Source: Octopus bimaculoides (lineage: Eukaryota). From it: DNA of 64,000 bases. Both the position numbers and the translations under genes were made by a program. The notes beneath the pieces are model-generated. The model was not told the DNA's origin, did not search any database, and saw only the letters and a program-made list of their open reading frames with translations. Positions 52,934 to 64,000 of the stretch are shown here, piece after piece. Each line of letters starts with the position of its first letter. The first letter of the stretch is position 1. The stretch spans positions 40,728,740-40,792,739 of the forward strand of contig NC_068989.1 of NCBI RefSeq assembly GCF_001194135.2, in the 5' to 3' direction.

Positions 52934-52977
<44 letters not shown>

Positions 52978-53379
52978 AATGGAGCAATATTTAACGATGA
53001 AAAGTGGTCACTGGTGTTTAAAAGTCATTGTCTAATTGTATTTGGGAACATTTACAGCTATTTCTGTTTATCAAATCAGAGTAAATTTACATTTACCTCG
53101 TTACGTTTAATAAACATCTTCAGAATGATTAGAGGGGGAAAAACGCAAAGAAAACGACAAAGAAAAAAGTTCGTTAAATCTTCCGGCTTACCTCTAACTT
53201 ATATCTTGCTTATATATATATATACATATACATATACCACTGCAACTATGATTGTCGTATTTTTTTAATCATTTATTGTGATGAACAGGCACTTTGCTCT
53301 TGATAAAAATGCATACATCACATGAACAGGGATTAATCTTCTCTCTTCGTTCCTTTGCACTATATGGGCTCAGCTCGCT

Positions 53380-53722
53380 TCCTCTCATCATCTGACACCA
53401 ACTCCACACAGATTCCGACACACCTCCCATATTCAACTTCCCCTCCACCAACACACCTGCATACCATCCACTTCGGTACGCTCACCACATACACAACACT
53501 ATACATACACCCATACACACTGTTCAACTCATTACTCACTTCACAGAGCATTATACACACGCCTGAAAACACCTTCCCACTCCACACACACTAACAGGAA
53601 ACGCTTCTCAGCACACATACCATTATACGGGCAGACCCACACACTGTTTAACTCAGTACACACACCACACATCATCATGCACACTCACAAACCCACACAA
53701 GCACGTAATACTTGAAAACCAA

Positions 53723-53781
<59 letters not shown>

Positions 53782-54120
53782 AACGCAGCGCTCATAGTCA
53801 CTTAACTTTCGCTCAGAAACATACATTATACACATGCACACTATTTGGTCACAGACACACACACGTGCTCACACCACCGGAACAAGCGGGAATCAACTGC
53901 TACACCCAACACACGCACACACGTTAGCCTCACATCTATACACATGACCATACGCACACTCACAATATACACACCTCCATACACCCGCGCACAATATACA
54001 CACCTCCATACACCCGCGCACACTCACTCGCCTACACATACAAACTCACACTCTCGCCATCATACACACACACATACATACTCACACACACCATTCTCAC
54101 ATACACACACGCGCTTGCGC
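53380..54120. repeat. CA-rich low-complexity tract, including a 29-bp tandem duplication at 53961-54018
   Basis: Strongly C/A-skewed; cacaatatacacacctccatacacccgcg occurs twice. Confidence 0.8.
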
Positions 54121-54149
54121 ACCATAGTTCTTTGTGGGTCACCGTTATC

Positions 54150-54188
<39 letters not shown>

Positions 54189-54436
54189 TCCTTTTAAGTC
54201 AACCTCTTTTTCCGGTCATCTTGTCATGTTGGACCGTTGAACCCGGCGCATTTTTTCCCTCGCCATTTTTTCATTTGCTCTCAGTTTTTTTTTTTTCCTT
54301 TTTCTTATTAGTCTTTTCTGTCGAAGAGCGTAGGCTCGAAAAGTAAAAGACTTACATTTTTCCCGAGCTTTGAACTAATACACTTGCTTGATATTTCGAC
54401 ACCTGTCTTCGTCTTTTGTTTTCTGTAAATTTGAAC

Positions 54437-54498
54437 GATAGATAGATAGATAGATAGATAGATAGGTAGGTAGGTAGGTAGGTAGGTAGGTAGGTAGG
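54437..54498. repeat. (GATA)n-(GGTA)n compound tetranucleotide repeat
   Basis: Direct reading. Confidence 0.95.
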
Positions 54499-56678
54499 TC
54501 TTTCTTTCTCATCAGAATATTAAAGGGCCTGGAATCATAGATGATCAGGAACAACATGACAACGGATGCACAGGTGATGTTAATATGACATAGTGAACCA
54601 ATAAATGTTAAATACACCTATAGTAAGGAAAATATCTCCAATAGAGAGGGAAGACAAGAATTTAAACTAGAATTCCATAAAAATATCATGCAACGGAAAA
54701 CAGAACCTTACCAGTCCTGAGAGATTTCTGATAACTCAGAAGACATGTAGACATCTATTGACTAAGCTTTGAGAAGCGTAACCAAGAGAGATAATACATA
54801 GGGATTCTTGAATATATGAAAACCAATTAAGTGGGTGCTTATATGCTTATTCACAGAGTGATTTGAGCTTGAGTTGCTGTGTTCCCTATTTCATGTGTTT
54901 AAAGTTAACTGCTTATCACCTAACAAGAAATTTTACTTCGGAACACGAACAGCCACTCTGAGTTTTCTAAACTTTATGTGTTTATACTTCTTTATTAGAG
55001 ATTTATAAGTCTTAATGAAATAATCCTGTAAAATATTAATTTATCCAACTCATAACATTTTACTCCCGTATGAAAACTTAATAAAAGAGAAATTTCAATT
55101 TGGGACAGTCATTTGAATTTGAAACTTTCGATTCCCTATTAAAATTCAAATTCGTTTCATTCTCCAAATTCCAAAATCTGACACACTAGTATATGTAATG
55201 CATTATCATAATTTATCAAGCATAGCAACAGTGCCCAACAGCACTTTTTGCAAAGCAGACATCTAACATATATTTTGAACTGTATTCTCACAGTTATTTA
55301 AAAAAATGTCTTGAAACATAAAACTAACTGAGGTACTAAAGAAGTCGAACCCTTGTGAGATTAAGTATTATTTTCGTTTGTTCACATTAAGTAACTAGCT
55401 TTAATACACCGAATGGACAGATCAATTAAACCGCTTTCTTTTAACTATACGATTTGTTCATAAAATATAATTATTCTCTGAACGCTGCCTAATGCATAAG
55501 TATAAACGTAAAGATTATCTAAATAAATTTAAATGTCACAGATGTTGATAACAGGTAGCATGCAACACCTTTTAGAAGTTACATTCCACGAGTCTAATCT
55601 GCTGAAAATTTATATGATTCTGACTTTATCTGTGTGAATGGTTTCCATAAAAAATAGCCAAGATCTTTGAAATATTTAGTTTCATTTTTCTACGAAACTT
55701 AACTTCGATTTACTTCTTTCAGTGTCGATAAAATGTGTTGCCGTAATATACAATTGTCTTATAAGATAAGGCCCTGCTTTACACACACACACACATACAA
55801 ATACACTCACGTCCTATGGTATTATTGTTGCTGCGATGTATTGTGGACATATTATGTATTCCACTCCGTAAGCGGATGCTATACTGGTATAACATGCAAC
55901 TCTAGACTCAGAAGAACGGTAACATTGACGAAAGTTACGTTGGTTTGTAGACTAAAATAGAACCAAAGAGAATGACGCTTGATGTTCTTAACCCACCACT
56001 TTACCTAAATATTTCATATCAGTAGCAATAGTGTGTGACCAATCAGGTTTCATGGGATGGCTTAATTTTGATATGGAGCACTTCTCTACATATTCTAAGA
56101 AACCAAATTACCTATAATACAGTATAGTGTATCTAAACGCAAGTGATATCAGCACGGTGAGATTTTGATACGGTTTCCTATTCTCGGATGATACCATTTC
56201 AATGTTCTAATGATTGATTTAAACGTCATATTATTTATCGCATTACATTACGGTTGCAGCCGATTGTATATTATATTTGTATTTATGTGCACACTCGATG
56301 CACGCACACATACGCACATACATACGTACATACATACATACATACATGCACACATGCATACATCCATGCATACATACTGAAGAGAGAGAGTTAAGTTTTT
56401 GGCAACTAATGGAGGTTATGTGCCTCCACCTTAAAACCTTCTGTTTCATCTCTATTTCGTATGTGGATGTTGGTGAATGGAAGCCTGGCGTGTATGTATA
56501 TCATGGAGAATCACCTTGCCACTCACGCCTCTAGCCAACCTCTTTCTAGTCAATTTAGCATGCAATGGACGTGTAATTGAGACACGTTTGTTCTTTTCAA
56601 TCTCTCGTTTTGTCTCTTACTTTTTCCGTAGAAGGACGTATCTATTACCTCGTCTTCATGTCTTTATATATTTTTGTA

Positions 56679-56716
<38 letters not shown>

Positions 56717-56882
56717 CTATCTATCTATCTCTATATATATATATCTATCTATCTATATATATATATATATCTATATCTATCTATATATATATATATATAT
56801 CTATATCTATCTATATATATATATATATATCTATATCTATCTATATATATATATATATATCTATATCTATCTATATATATAT

Positions 56883-56934
<52 letters not shown>

Positions 56935-56940
56935 ATATAT
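56679..56940. repeat. (CA)n followed by a 30-bp-period TA/CTAT minisatellite
   Basis: The lines at 56761 and 56821 are identical; the unit atatatatatatatatatctatatctatct occurs about 5 times. Confidence 0.9.
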
Positions 56941-57063
56941 AAAAGAGGCAGAAAGAGATGTCACATTCTTTTCATGTCTTTTGTTTGTGTGATCAAAAAC
57001 TAAACTTTGATTTTCATTCTGTTGTATTCCGTATTTTATTTTATCTCCAATTTCCTTCTGCAG

Positions 57064-57318
57064 GTTTCATTCAGTCTCTTACCATATATCCAGTCATTCT
57101 TAAATCCAATTATATATGGATTTATGTCGAAAAACTTTCGACGAAGCATACGTGCAGCATGTCGAAACTATGTCTGCAGAAACAGAGAAAGGCAAATTTG
57201 TATGGGGCACCGGATTCATCTTTCTGATTACGAAATGGAATCACGAAGCACGAACGGAACTCTTACTACAAAAATGTCTTTGCGAACTATCGAAAGTGTC
57301 TCATCGGACGATAACTAG
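57064..57318 (+). CDS. GPCR last coding exon: TM7, helix 8, C-tail, stop
   Basis: tttccttctgcag|GTT acceptor. Reads VSFSLLPYIQSFLNPIIYGFMSKNFRRSIRAACRNYVCRNRERQICMGHRIHLSDYEMESRSTNGTLTTKMSLRTIESVSSDDN*: NPxxY, helix-8 FR, Cys and S/T-rich tail. Overall resemblance is to the CCK/QRFP/orexin-type neuropeptide receptors; the exact family is not determined. Confidence 0.93.
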   Translation, partial: VSFSLLPYIQSFLNPIIYGFMSKNFRRSIRAACRNYVCRNRERQICMGHRIHLSDYEMESRSTNGTLTTKMSLRTIESVSSDDN

Positions 57319-57676
57319 AAAATCTTCTTCTTGTTGTATTGATATTATCATTGTTGTTATCATTATTATTATTATTATTAGTTGTTGTTGTTGTTATTGA
57401 TCAGGATGATGATGAAGCTATTGATGTCGTTATGAGCAATATTATTATTGTTGTTATAATTATCTTCCGTTGGAATGTCTTTAATTCACGACATATTTTA
57501 TGATTTGGCCAAAGTATGAAAGTCAGAACTCACCGTTACACTCTACCCATTTCACTTGGAGCACTTGTGCACAGTGACAATTTGATATCGCTTCATTTCA
57601 CTTATATCATTAAAAAATCGTAAACAATGTTCTCACTATTTTCTATGTCCCTTCGCCCGAAATAATTATTATTAAT

Positions 57677-57764
57677 AATAAATCATTAATTATTATTGAT
57701 ATGTAAATAAGATTGATGGATTGGTACAACCGTTACATCATTGACCATATTGTTATTTAATAAA
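57677..57764 (+). promoter_or_regulatory. Candidate polyadenylation signals of the GPCR gene
   Basis: AATAAA at 57677-57682 and 57759-57764, about 360-440 nt after the stop. The DNA is AT-rich, so chance matches are common. Confidence 0.3.
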
Positions 57765-58464
57765 AACTATTTTACGTTCTGAGTTCAAATCCAGCCGAAT
57801 CGACTTTGCCTTTCGTTGTTCCGATGTCTGTAAATTAGTACCAGTTCGGTACTGAAATCGAGATAATCGATTGTTCCTCCACTCACCCATTTTCTTGCTT
57901 TACACCCATGTCGGGTATCTTTATTGATGTTGATATAATTATTGTTTATCTGTTTATGATAGCACAATTTTTTCAGTATCGGAGAGCGTCCGTGTAAAGG
58001 CCGTATTTAGTTACGCTCGTTTATTTAAATAGCTCATATCCCATCAACGCCTGCTTCCTTTTTCATACGTCAGTGATCGATTAAATATGTACAAACCCAA
58101 TACATATATTGATTTTATTGGACATAGCTTCCACCCCCACAAAGTTGTGTCCTTGTGTTTATATGTGAGGTCAGCATTAAAGTTACCACAACAGTTAATC
58201 TTAAATCCAGTAACGTGCTGCGTAGAAAGGCTGCTACCGAAATCTGTTACCTACGACGTTATTCCTGTTCACTAACTGTAATATTAAATAATAATAACAA
58301 GAGCACTCAGAGAGCCCAAACCCCCGCCAAGGCAACACCAACGTCCTCTCAACGATTAGCCAGAGATGATTTTTAAAATGAGAATATCTGAAATAAACTC
58401 GACTGCTCTCACAAACGAGAACACTAAAAGTGAACCCGACCGCTCTCAAAAATTAAGTAAAAGA

Positions 58465-58672
58465 CAGGCAAAATAATCCAAAATCCTCGTCTAGTATCGG
58501 ATCGATGCCAAAACGTAATCAGTTTGTGCCAGTCACGAGGCTAAACATCCCTGAAAGTTTCATCCGAATCCTTCCAGCGTTTCTTGAGATATCTTGTCCA
58601 CGCATAAACAAACAAACACGACTGAAACAATACCTCTACCTTTGCTAAGGCTGAGGTAATAATGGTGAAAAT
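58465..58672 (-). mobile_element. Non-autonomous Helitron/Helentron-associated (DINE-1/HINE-like) element
   Basis: Minus strand begins attacctcagccttagcaaaggtagaggta (a short inverted repeat), then a (TTTG) microsatellite and ...ggatgaaactttcaggga...tgattacgttttgg. Assignment is by resemblance only. Confidence 0.45.
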
Positions 58673-60367
58673 AATAATAATGAATTGTTGATTACATATC
58701 ACTTCAAATTATGTGATGGTGTGCCAAATTAAAAATCATTAATATTCATATCAAATTTGGTGGTTCTGCAGAATCTCTTGTGTACAGGACAAAACATCTT
58801 ACGGGAATCGATATAAATCTACTCTAACGCTCACCCAAATTTCTGACATCGTATTTATGTAATATGCGGGTTAAATCACTTTACATGGCTCATATTTTCC
58901 AAGTGAATTAAATTAACAAAAGCTGTTGTTTTTGATTTTTTTTTTTGGGGGGGGGCTGTTCATCCGTTCCAGCCTTTCGAATGTTGTGGTGTTTATTTTA
59001 TTTTCCACTACTGTCAATCCCCAGTCGAAAAGCAAATGAGGAGCCACGACTTGTTTCATTTGACCTATTAGACATTGCTAACAAATTTCCCTCAATTCAC
59101 ACCCTACCGTCTTAAACAGGGAAAGAAAATTACGTTTTAAATCATGTAAAAACAATGGGTTAGCCTTTGTTCAAAGTTTTACCTCGATCAGGCTTGAACT
59201 AAGGGTAAACAATAAAGAAAAACTGCACAGTGTAAAGTTTAGCAATAAGGACACTAAATCTAGAGATATCCAGGGTCGATAAATCAAAGTATCAGTCAAG
59301 TATTGGGGTCGGAGGTCTGAACTAACCCCTTGCCCTTAAAATTACTGCTTTTGTTTCTAAAGTAGAAATTTTAAAGTGATGAGCTGGCAGAATGGTTAAA
59401 GCCCGGGAAAGAATTGCTTTGCTGAATTTCTTCCGGATGTTTATTATTGTATTTAATAATTCTTCTTCTTTCTGGTCATCTCCTTCCTCTAAATTTCTCT
59501 CCCTTTATCATCTGTCAAAGGGAACAAAATAAGTATTATCATTAATAAAGAAGATTTGTCAAATGAAGACAGCCGGCTGCTTTTAAGAATGTGGAAGACA
59601 CTTCTGAGTTTTCTCCTGTTTGCAAGAAGGAACAATAATAATAATAATACTTACAAATTTTGCCACAAGGGCAGCCATTTTGCGGGAAGGGAACTATTCG
59701 ATTACATTGACCCCAGTGTTTCACTAGAACTTAATTTATCGACCCTGAAGGATGAAAGGCAAAATCTACCTCGACGGAATTTGAAATCAGTACGTAGTGA
59801 CGGGCGATGTACCGCTAAGCATTTCGCCCTGTGTGCTAACGATTCTGCCAACTCGCCGCCTTATAGGAACAATAATAATTATGATAACGCCTTCTAAAAA
59901 AGGCACGAAGCCTGAAATTTGGTGGTGGGATGGTAAGTGGATTTCACAGACCCCAGTGTTTCATGCATACTTAATTTATCGACCCCGAAAGGATGAAAAG
60001 CAAAGCCTGACTTGGCGGAATTTGAATTCAATAATAGTAATAATAATAATAATTGATACTGTTTAGAATCCTTTCGGAAAAACCTTCATTGCAATTTCAT
60101 AAAAACAGAGAATCAGGTAACTATTAATTTCAGTTCAAATTTCCTGTCATCATTTCTGGATCGATAAAAAAAAAAGATACCAGTTAATTAATGATGTCAG
60201 CGTTATCAACTTACTTTTCCCGTCAAATTGCCGGTTTTGTGCATAAATCAGAAACAAATGTTTCTTATTTTTGCAACACCTTATTTCCTGATTTCAAATA
60301 CTGTTGAAATCCCTTTGCCCTTCATTCCTTTGGGAGTTGGTGAAATAAAGTACTAGTCAAGTACTGA

Positions 60368-60749
60368 GCAGGCGCAATGGCCCAGTGGTTAGGGCAGCGG
60401 ACTCGTTGTCATAGGATCGCGGTTTCGATTCCCAGGTCGGGCGTTGTGAGTGTTTATTGAGCGAAAACACCTAAAAGCTCCACAAGGCTCCGGCAGGGGA
60501 TGGTGGCGAACCCTGCAGTACTCTTTCACCACAACTTTCTCTCACTCTTACTTCCTGTTTCTGTTGTGCCTGTAATTCAAAGGGTCAGCCTTGTCACACT
60601 GTGTCACGCTGAATATCCCCGAGAACTACGTTAAGGGTACACGAGTCAGTGGAGTGCTCAGCTACGTGCACGTTAATTTCACGAGCAGGCTGTTCCGTTG
60701 ATCGGATCAACTGGAACCCTCGACGTCGTAAGCGACAGAGTGCCAACAA
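60368..60749 (+). mobile_element. Full-length SINE family A copy nested inside a family B SINE
   Basis: Perfect 10-bp TSD caagtactga at 60358-60367 and 60750-60759. It interrupts a family B body (ctttgcccttcattcctttggg...gtact|atcgatataattgact). Confidence 0.85.
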
Positions 60750-62043
60750 CAAGTACTGAATCGATATAATTGACTAAAGACAGCGAGATGGCATTAGTTC
60801 TGGCATTTTATATCCAGAGTACACATTCAACCACGGTCAACTTTGCTTTTCAATTTTCCCTCCGGAATTGATAAAATAAAATACCAATGAAATATTGGGG
60901 TCAATGTAATCCCCTATCCCGCTCAGTTTGTGCCAACATTTTAAAGAATTAGAATTATTATTATTATTAAGGCAGCGACATGGAATAATCGTTATCACGC
61001 AGGGCAAAATACTTCGCAGTATTTTCGTCTTTACGTTCTAAGTTCAAATCCCACCGAAGTTGACTTTGCTTTTTATCCTTTCGGGGTTGATAAAATGAGT
61101 ACGAGTGGTGCACTGCGGACGACGTAATCGACTATCCCCTCCCCCAAATTCCAGGCCTCGTGCCTATAGGACAAAGGAATTTTATTATTATTATTATTAT
61201 TATTATTATCATTATTAAACGAAGAAGTCGAAAGAAAAAGATGAACAAAGAATATAAGATTTTTTTCGATTTTATTGATAGATTTCAGATGATTAAATTA
61301 TTTTTCTTTCAATTAAATGTGTAGTTACTATTCAGACGAAACTTTACTTCATGTTATGAAAGGGAGCATTACTCAACAAAATGTTTTCCTTTTCGATCAC
61401 TTTGTTTTGGGGATTTTTTTTTCAATAAAAATCTAGAATACACGCATCGATTGCGAACGAGTGCAGCTTCGTACTGACATGGGTACCCCTTTGGCTCTTT
61501 CCTGACCCAGGTGGAACATTTTCAGCATGACAGCTAGAAAGAGCGAGGTATGCAGCCCAACCCCGTCTGTTCTCATTACAGCCAACGAGACTGTAGCAAC
61601 GTGACATAAAAAGCAATTTTTTTTCCAGTAGTGAGCAATGAACCCGTCTTCAATTATTCTTCGTTCTTCTTCCTTTACTATACTTAGCAATTCATTGTTG
61701 TAAAACCTCGTTGGTTTTCTATCTTCATTAAAACTGTCTCGCATACAAATTTGATTGACACCAGAAAACCTCCGTTATAGCTTACCAGAAGGTTTTTTTT
61801 TAATTTTATTTTGTCTATGTTTATTCATTTACTTATTTATTTATTGATAGATGTCATTCATCTTGTTTCAGAAGTTAGGTAAATTCACTACGACAGAATC
61901 CATTGCTAGTTATAGCCATTAATTTCACTTATTAATATATTTTAGAACAGCATGCTCGTCTCATCTCCCACTTCGTTGCATCAATAAAGCAACTGATCAG
62001 TCGAAAGCTACTTCAGAGCACGAAATATAAAGCAGTTGTGTGC

Positions 62044-62095
<52 letters not shown>

Positions 62096-62357
62096 TACTG
62101 TTCCTTTCTAATCTTATTACATTGATTCGTGTATGTATTTATATAATTCGTGTATGAACGTATTTTGTATATGTATATTTTTAAAAATTTCTATACTTTT
62201 GTCAATGTTTATATTGCTTCCAATATATTTGTACAATCTGTAATAAAAGAAAGCAAAATAAGAAATGAGAATATTTGACAATTTGGTTTTCATGTATCGA
62301 CTACAACTTGTAGCATATCATATGCACTGCATTATACATACATATTGACTGAGATCA

Positions 62358-62962
62358 TGGGATTGCACCTAGAAAGTTACCCTCGCAGGCATAAGTCCGA
62401 GCAAGGTTGTTTATGGAAGACCAGCAGTTTCTCATGCATACCAGCCTCCCCTCTCCACGCCACCAGTGTTATCCAAGGGAAAGGCAAAGGCCTATACAGC
62501 TCGGCACCTGTGACGTCGCAACTCATTTCTACAGCTGAGTGAACTGGACAGTGATAATTATTTGGTAAAACAACAAATATGCATTTAAATCTGATATATA
62601 ACTTTATATAATTAGTGGTAAAGGGTAAAGACTTTTGCTCATAAATAACCATGGGTTTACACCTAGAAAGTTGCCCTCCGAGGCACAAGTCCCGGCAAGG
62701 TTGTTTATAGAAGACTACCAGTCGCCCACACATACCAGTCTCCCCTCTCTATGACACCGATGTTATCCAAGAGAAACGTAAAGTTGATAGAGCTTGACAC
62801 CAGCAACATCGCAACTCATTTCTACAACTGAGTGAATTAGAGCAACATGAAATAAAGTATCTTGCTCAAGAGCACATTACACAACTCGGTATGAGAATCG
62901 AACTCACTACTTCATTAGTTGTTAGAGATCGATGCTCTGACCACTGAGCCATGCGCCTTCAT
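62358..62962 (-). mobile_element. Two tandem copies of a tRNA-derived SINE, antisense
   Basis: Copy 1 (62358-62550) and copy 2 (62652-62962) share cacctagaaagtt...caaggttgtttat...gcaactcatttctaca. Copy 2 has the head tgaaggcgcatggctcagtgg...gagttcgattc. Confidence 0.75.
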
Positions 62963-64000
62963 GCATGCATGCATGCATGCATTCATACATACATACATAC
63001 ATACATACATTATTTTATTGAAATTGAAAAAATTACAAACACGCCGTTTCACGTAATCGATCATCAGACAAACGTGAACGTTTGAAACAATACAATGATT
63101 TATAAATGGTGTAGTGATAATTATTTGGTAAATCATTAGTGAATGATGAATAAACTGGATAACACGAATCATATTGTACAGAGCAATAGTTATATTTATA
63201 TCAAAGGGAAATTTTCAAACCAGAGCTGTTTTAGGATTTAAGGACCTTAGAAATGTAAATCAGAACAAACAATTATGTCAACTCCGTTCTGTGATTCGAT
63301 ACTTTGGGACTTCGTTTTGATAAAGACATTTTTGATGTTGGTGTTATCGTATTCTGTTTTGTCTTGTTTTTACTTTTGTAATGACATACTCATCCATTTT
63401 GCTACGAATTTCTATCGGTCTGCTCGGTTGAAATACACTTCCACTGTCTCAAAGGTAATCTGTATATCTGAAAATGAAATGCCTAGAAGCCCCTAAATAA
63501 GAACCGCAACTTTTTACGTGACTAACGTTGAAAAAAGTCCTTTTCGAACACAACCTAACAAGCTGCACCAGCTACGTTGACATATCTATTTTAACAGACA
63601 CAAACGAGCAGGCTGACACGTTTGAAGACTTTGAGTCGCTTTTGAATTAATCATGCATGTCTCGTAACTTTGAAGTTTCATTGAAGTGATTGCTTAATTT
63701 TTAGAATGATATTGCAGGTTGTGTGAGGCCAGACTTGGCCGGTTTAAACATAAAACAGGTGACATATTTGGGTTAAATATGGCCGGTTTAAATACTAAAC
63801 AGTTTTAATTTTCCATCCTTTGCGCAAGATTTCAATACGGAAATTTTCTCTGTAAATAAATGTTAGTTAACTATGACCACATTAATACTTTCCCAGGTAG
63901 ATTCATAGAACGATAAAAGATCAGATTCATCCACACTGATACAGCAGATGCTGCACCCATGCAGAATAGACAAGTATCACATACAATATAGTACTGGAAC

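Larger units (their letters stand above)
57770..61215. mobile_element. Dense cluster of family B SINEs downstream of the GPCR stop (sense and antisense)
   Basis: Sense copies at about 57770, 59265, 59380, 60130, 60310, 60778 and 60968; antisense tandem pair at 59655-59865 and 59895-60030. Confidence 0.8.

Noticed and set aside
61433-61744. 103-aa minus-strand ORF
   Set aside because: No recognisable domain or splice context; probably a repeat remnant, and I could not classify it.

Overview
AT-rich, repeat-dense eukaryotic DNA with nine N-gaps. The repeat families and microsatellite load suggest an octopod cephalopod; this is an inference, not a database result. One protein-coding gene is supported: the 3' five exons of a class A (rhodopsin-like) peptide GPCR on the + strand (23231-23354, 29410-29630, 50264-50414, 52247-52366, 57064-57318). 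All splice phases match, and the exons run from the R of the (E/D)RY motif through TM4-TM7 (CWGP, NPIIY) to the stop, about 289 aa. The TM1-TM3 exons were not found and probably lie upstream of the window. The rest is intron or 3' flank filled with tRNA-derived SINEs of at least three kinds, fossil RTE, R4/Dong, L1/Tx1-like and Penelope retroelements, Tc1/mariner and pogo-type remnants and MITEs, and simple repeats. The most striking unexplained structure is a perfect 61-bp inverted duplication (33814-33874 / 40234-40294). It joins the two halves of one R4/Dong fossil, which is the signature expected of a ~6.4-kb staggered-break inversion inside the 20.6-kb intron. Also notable are SINE arrays built on (ATT)n microsatellites, a covarying hairpin in the SINE head, and inverted SINE pairs around a coding exon. 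I see no convincing wholly new multi-gene system.
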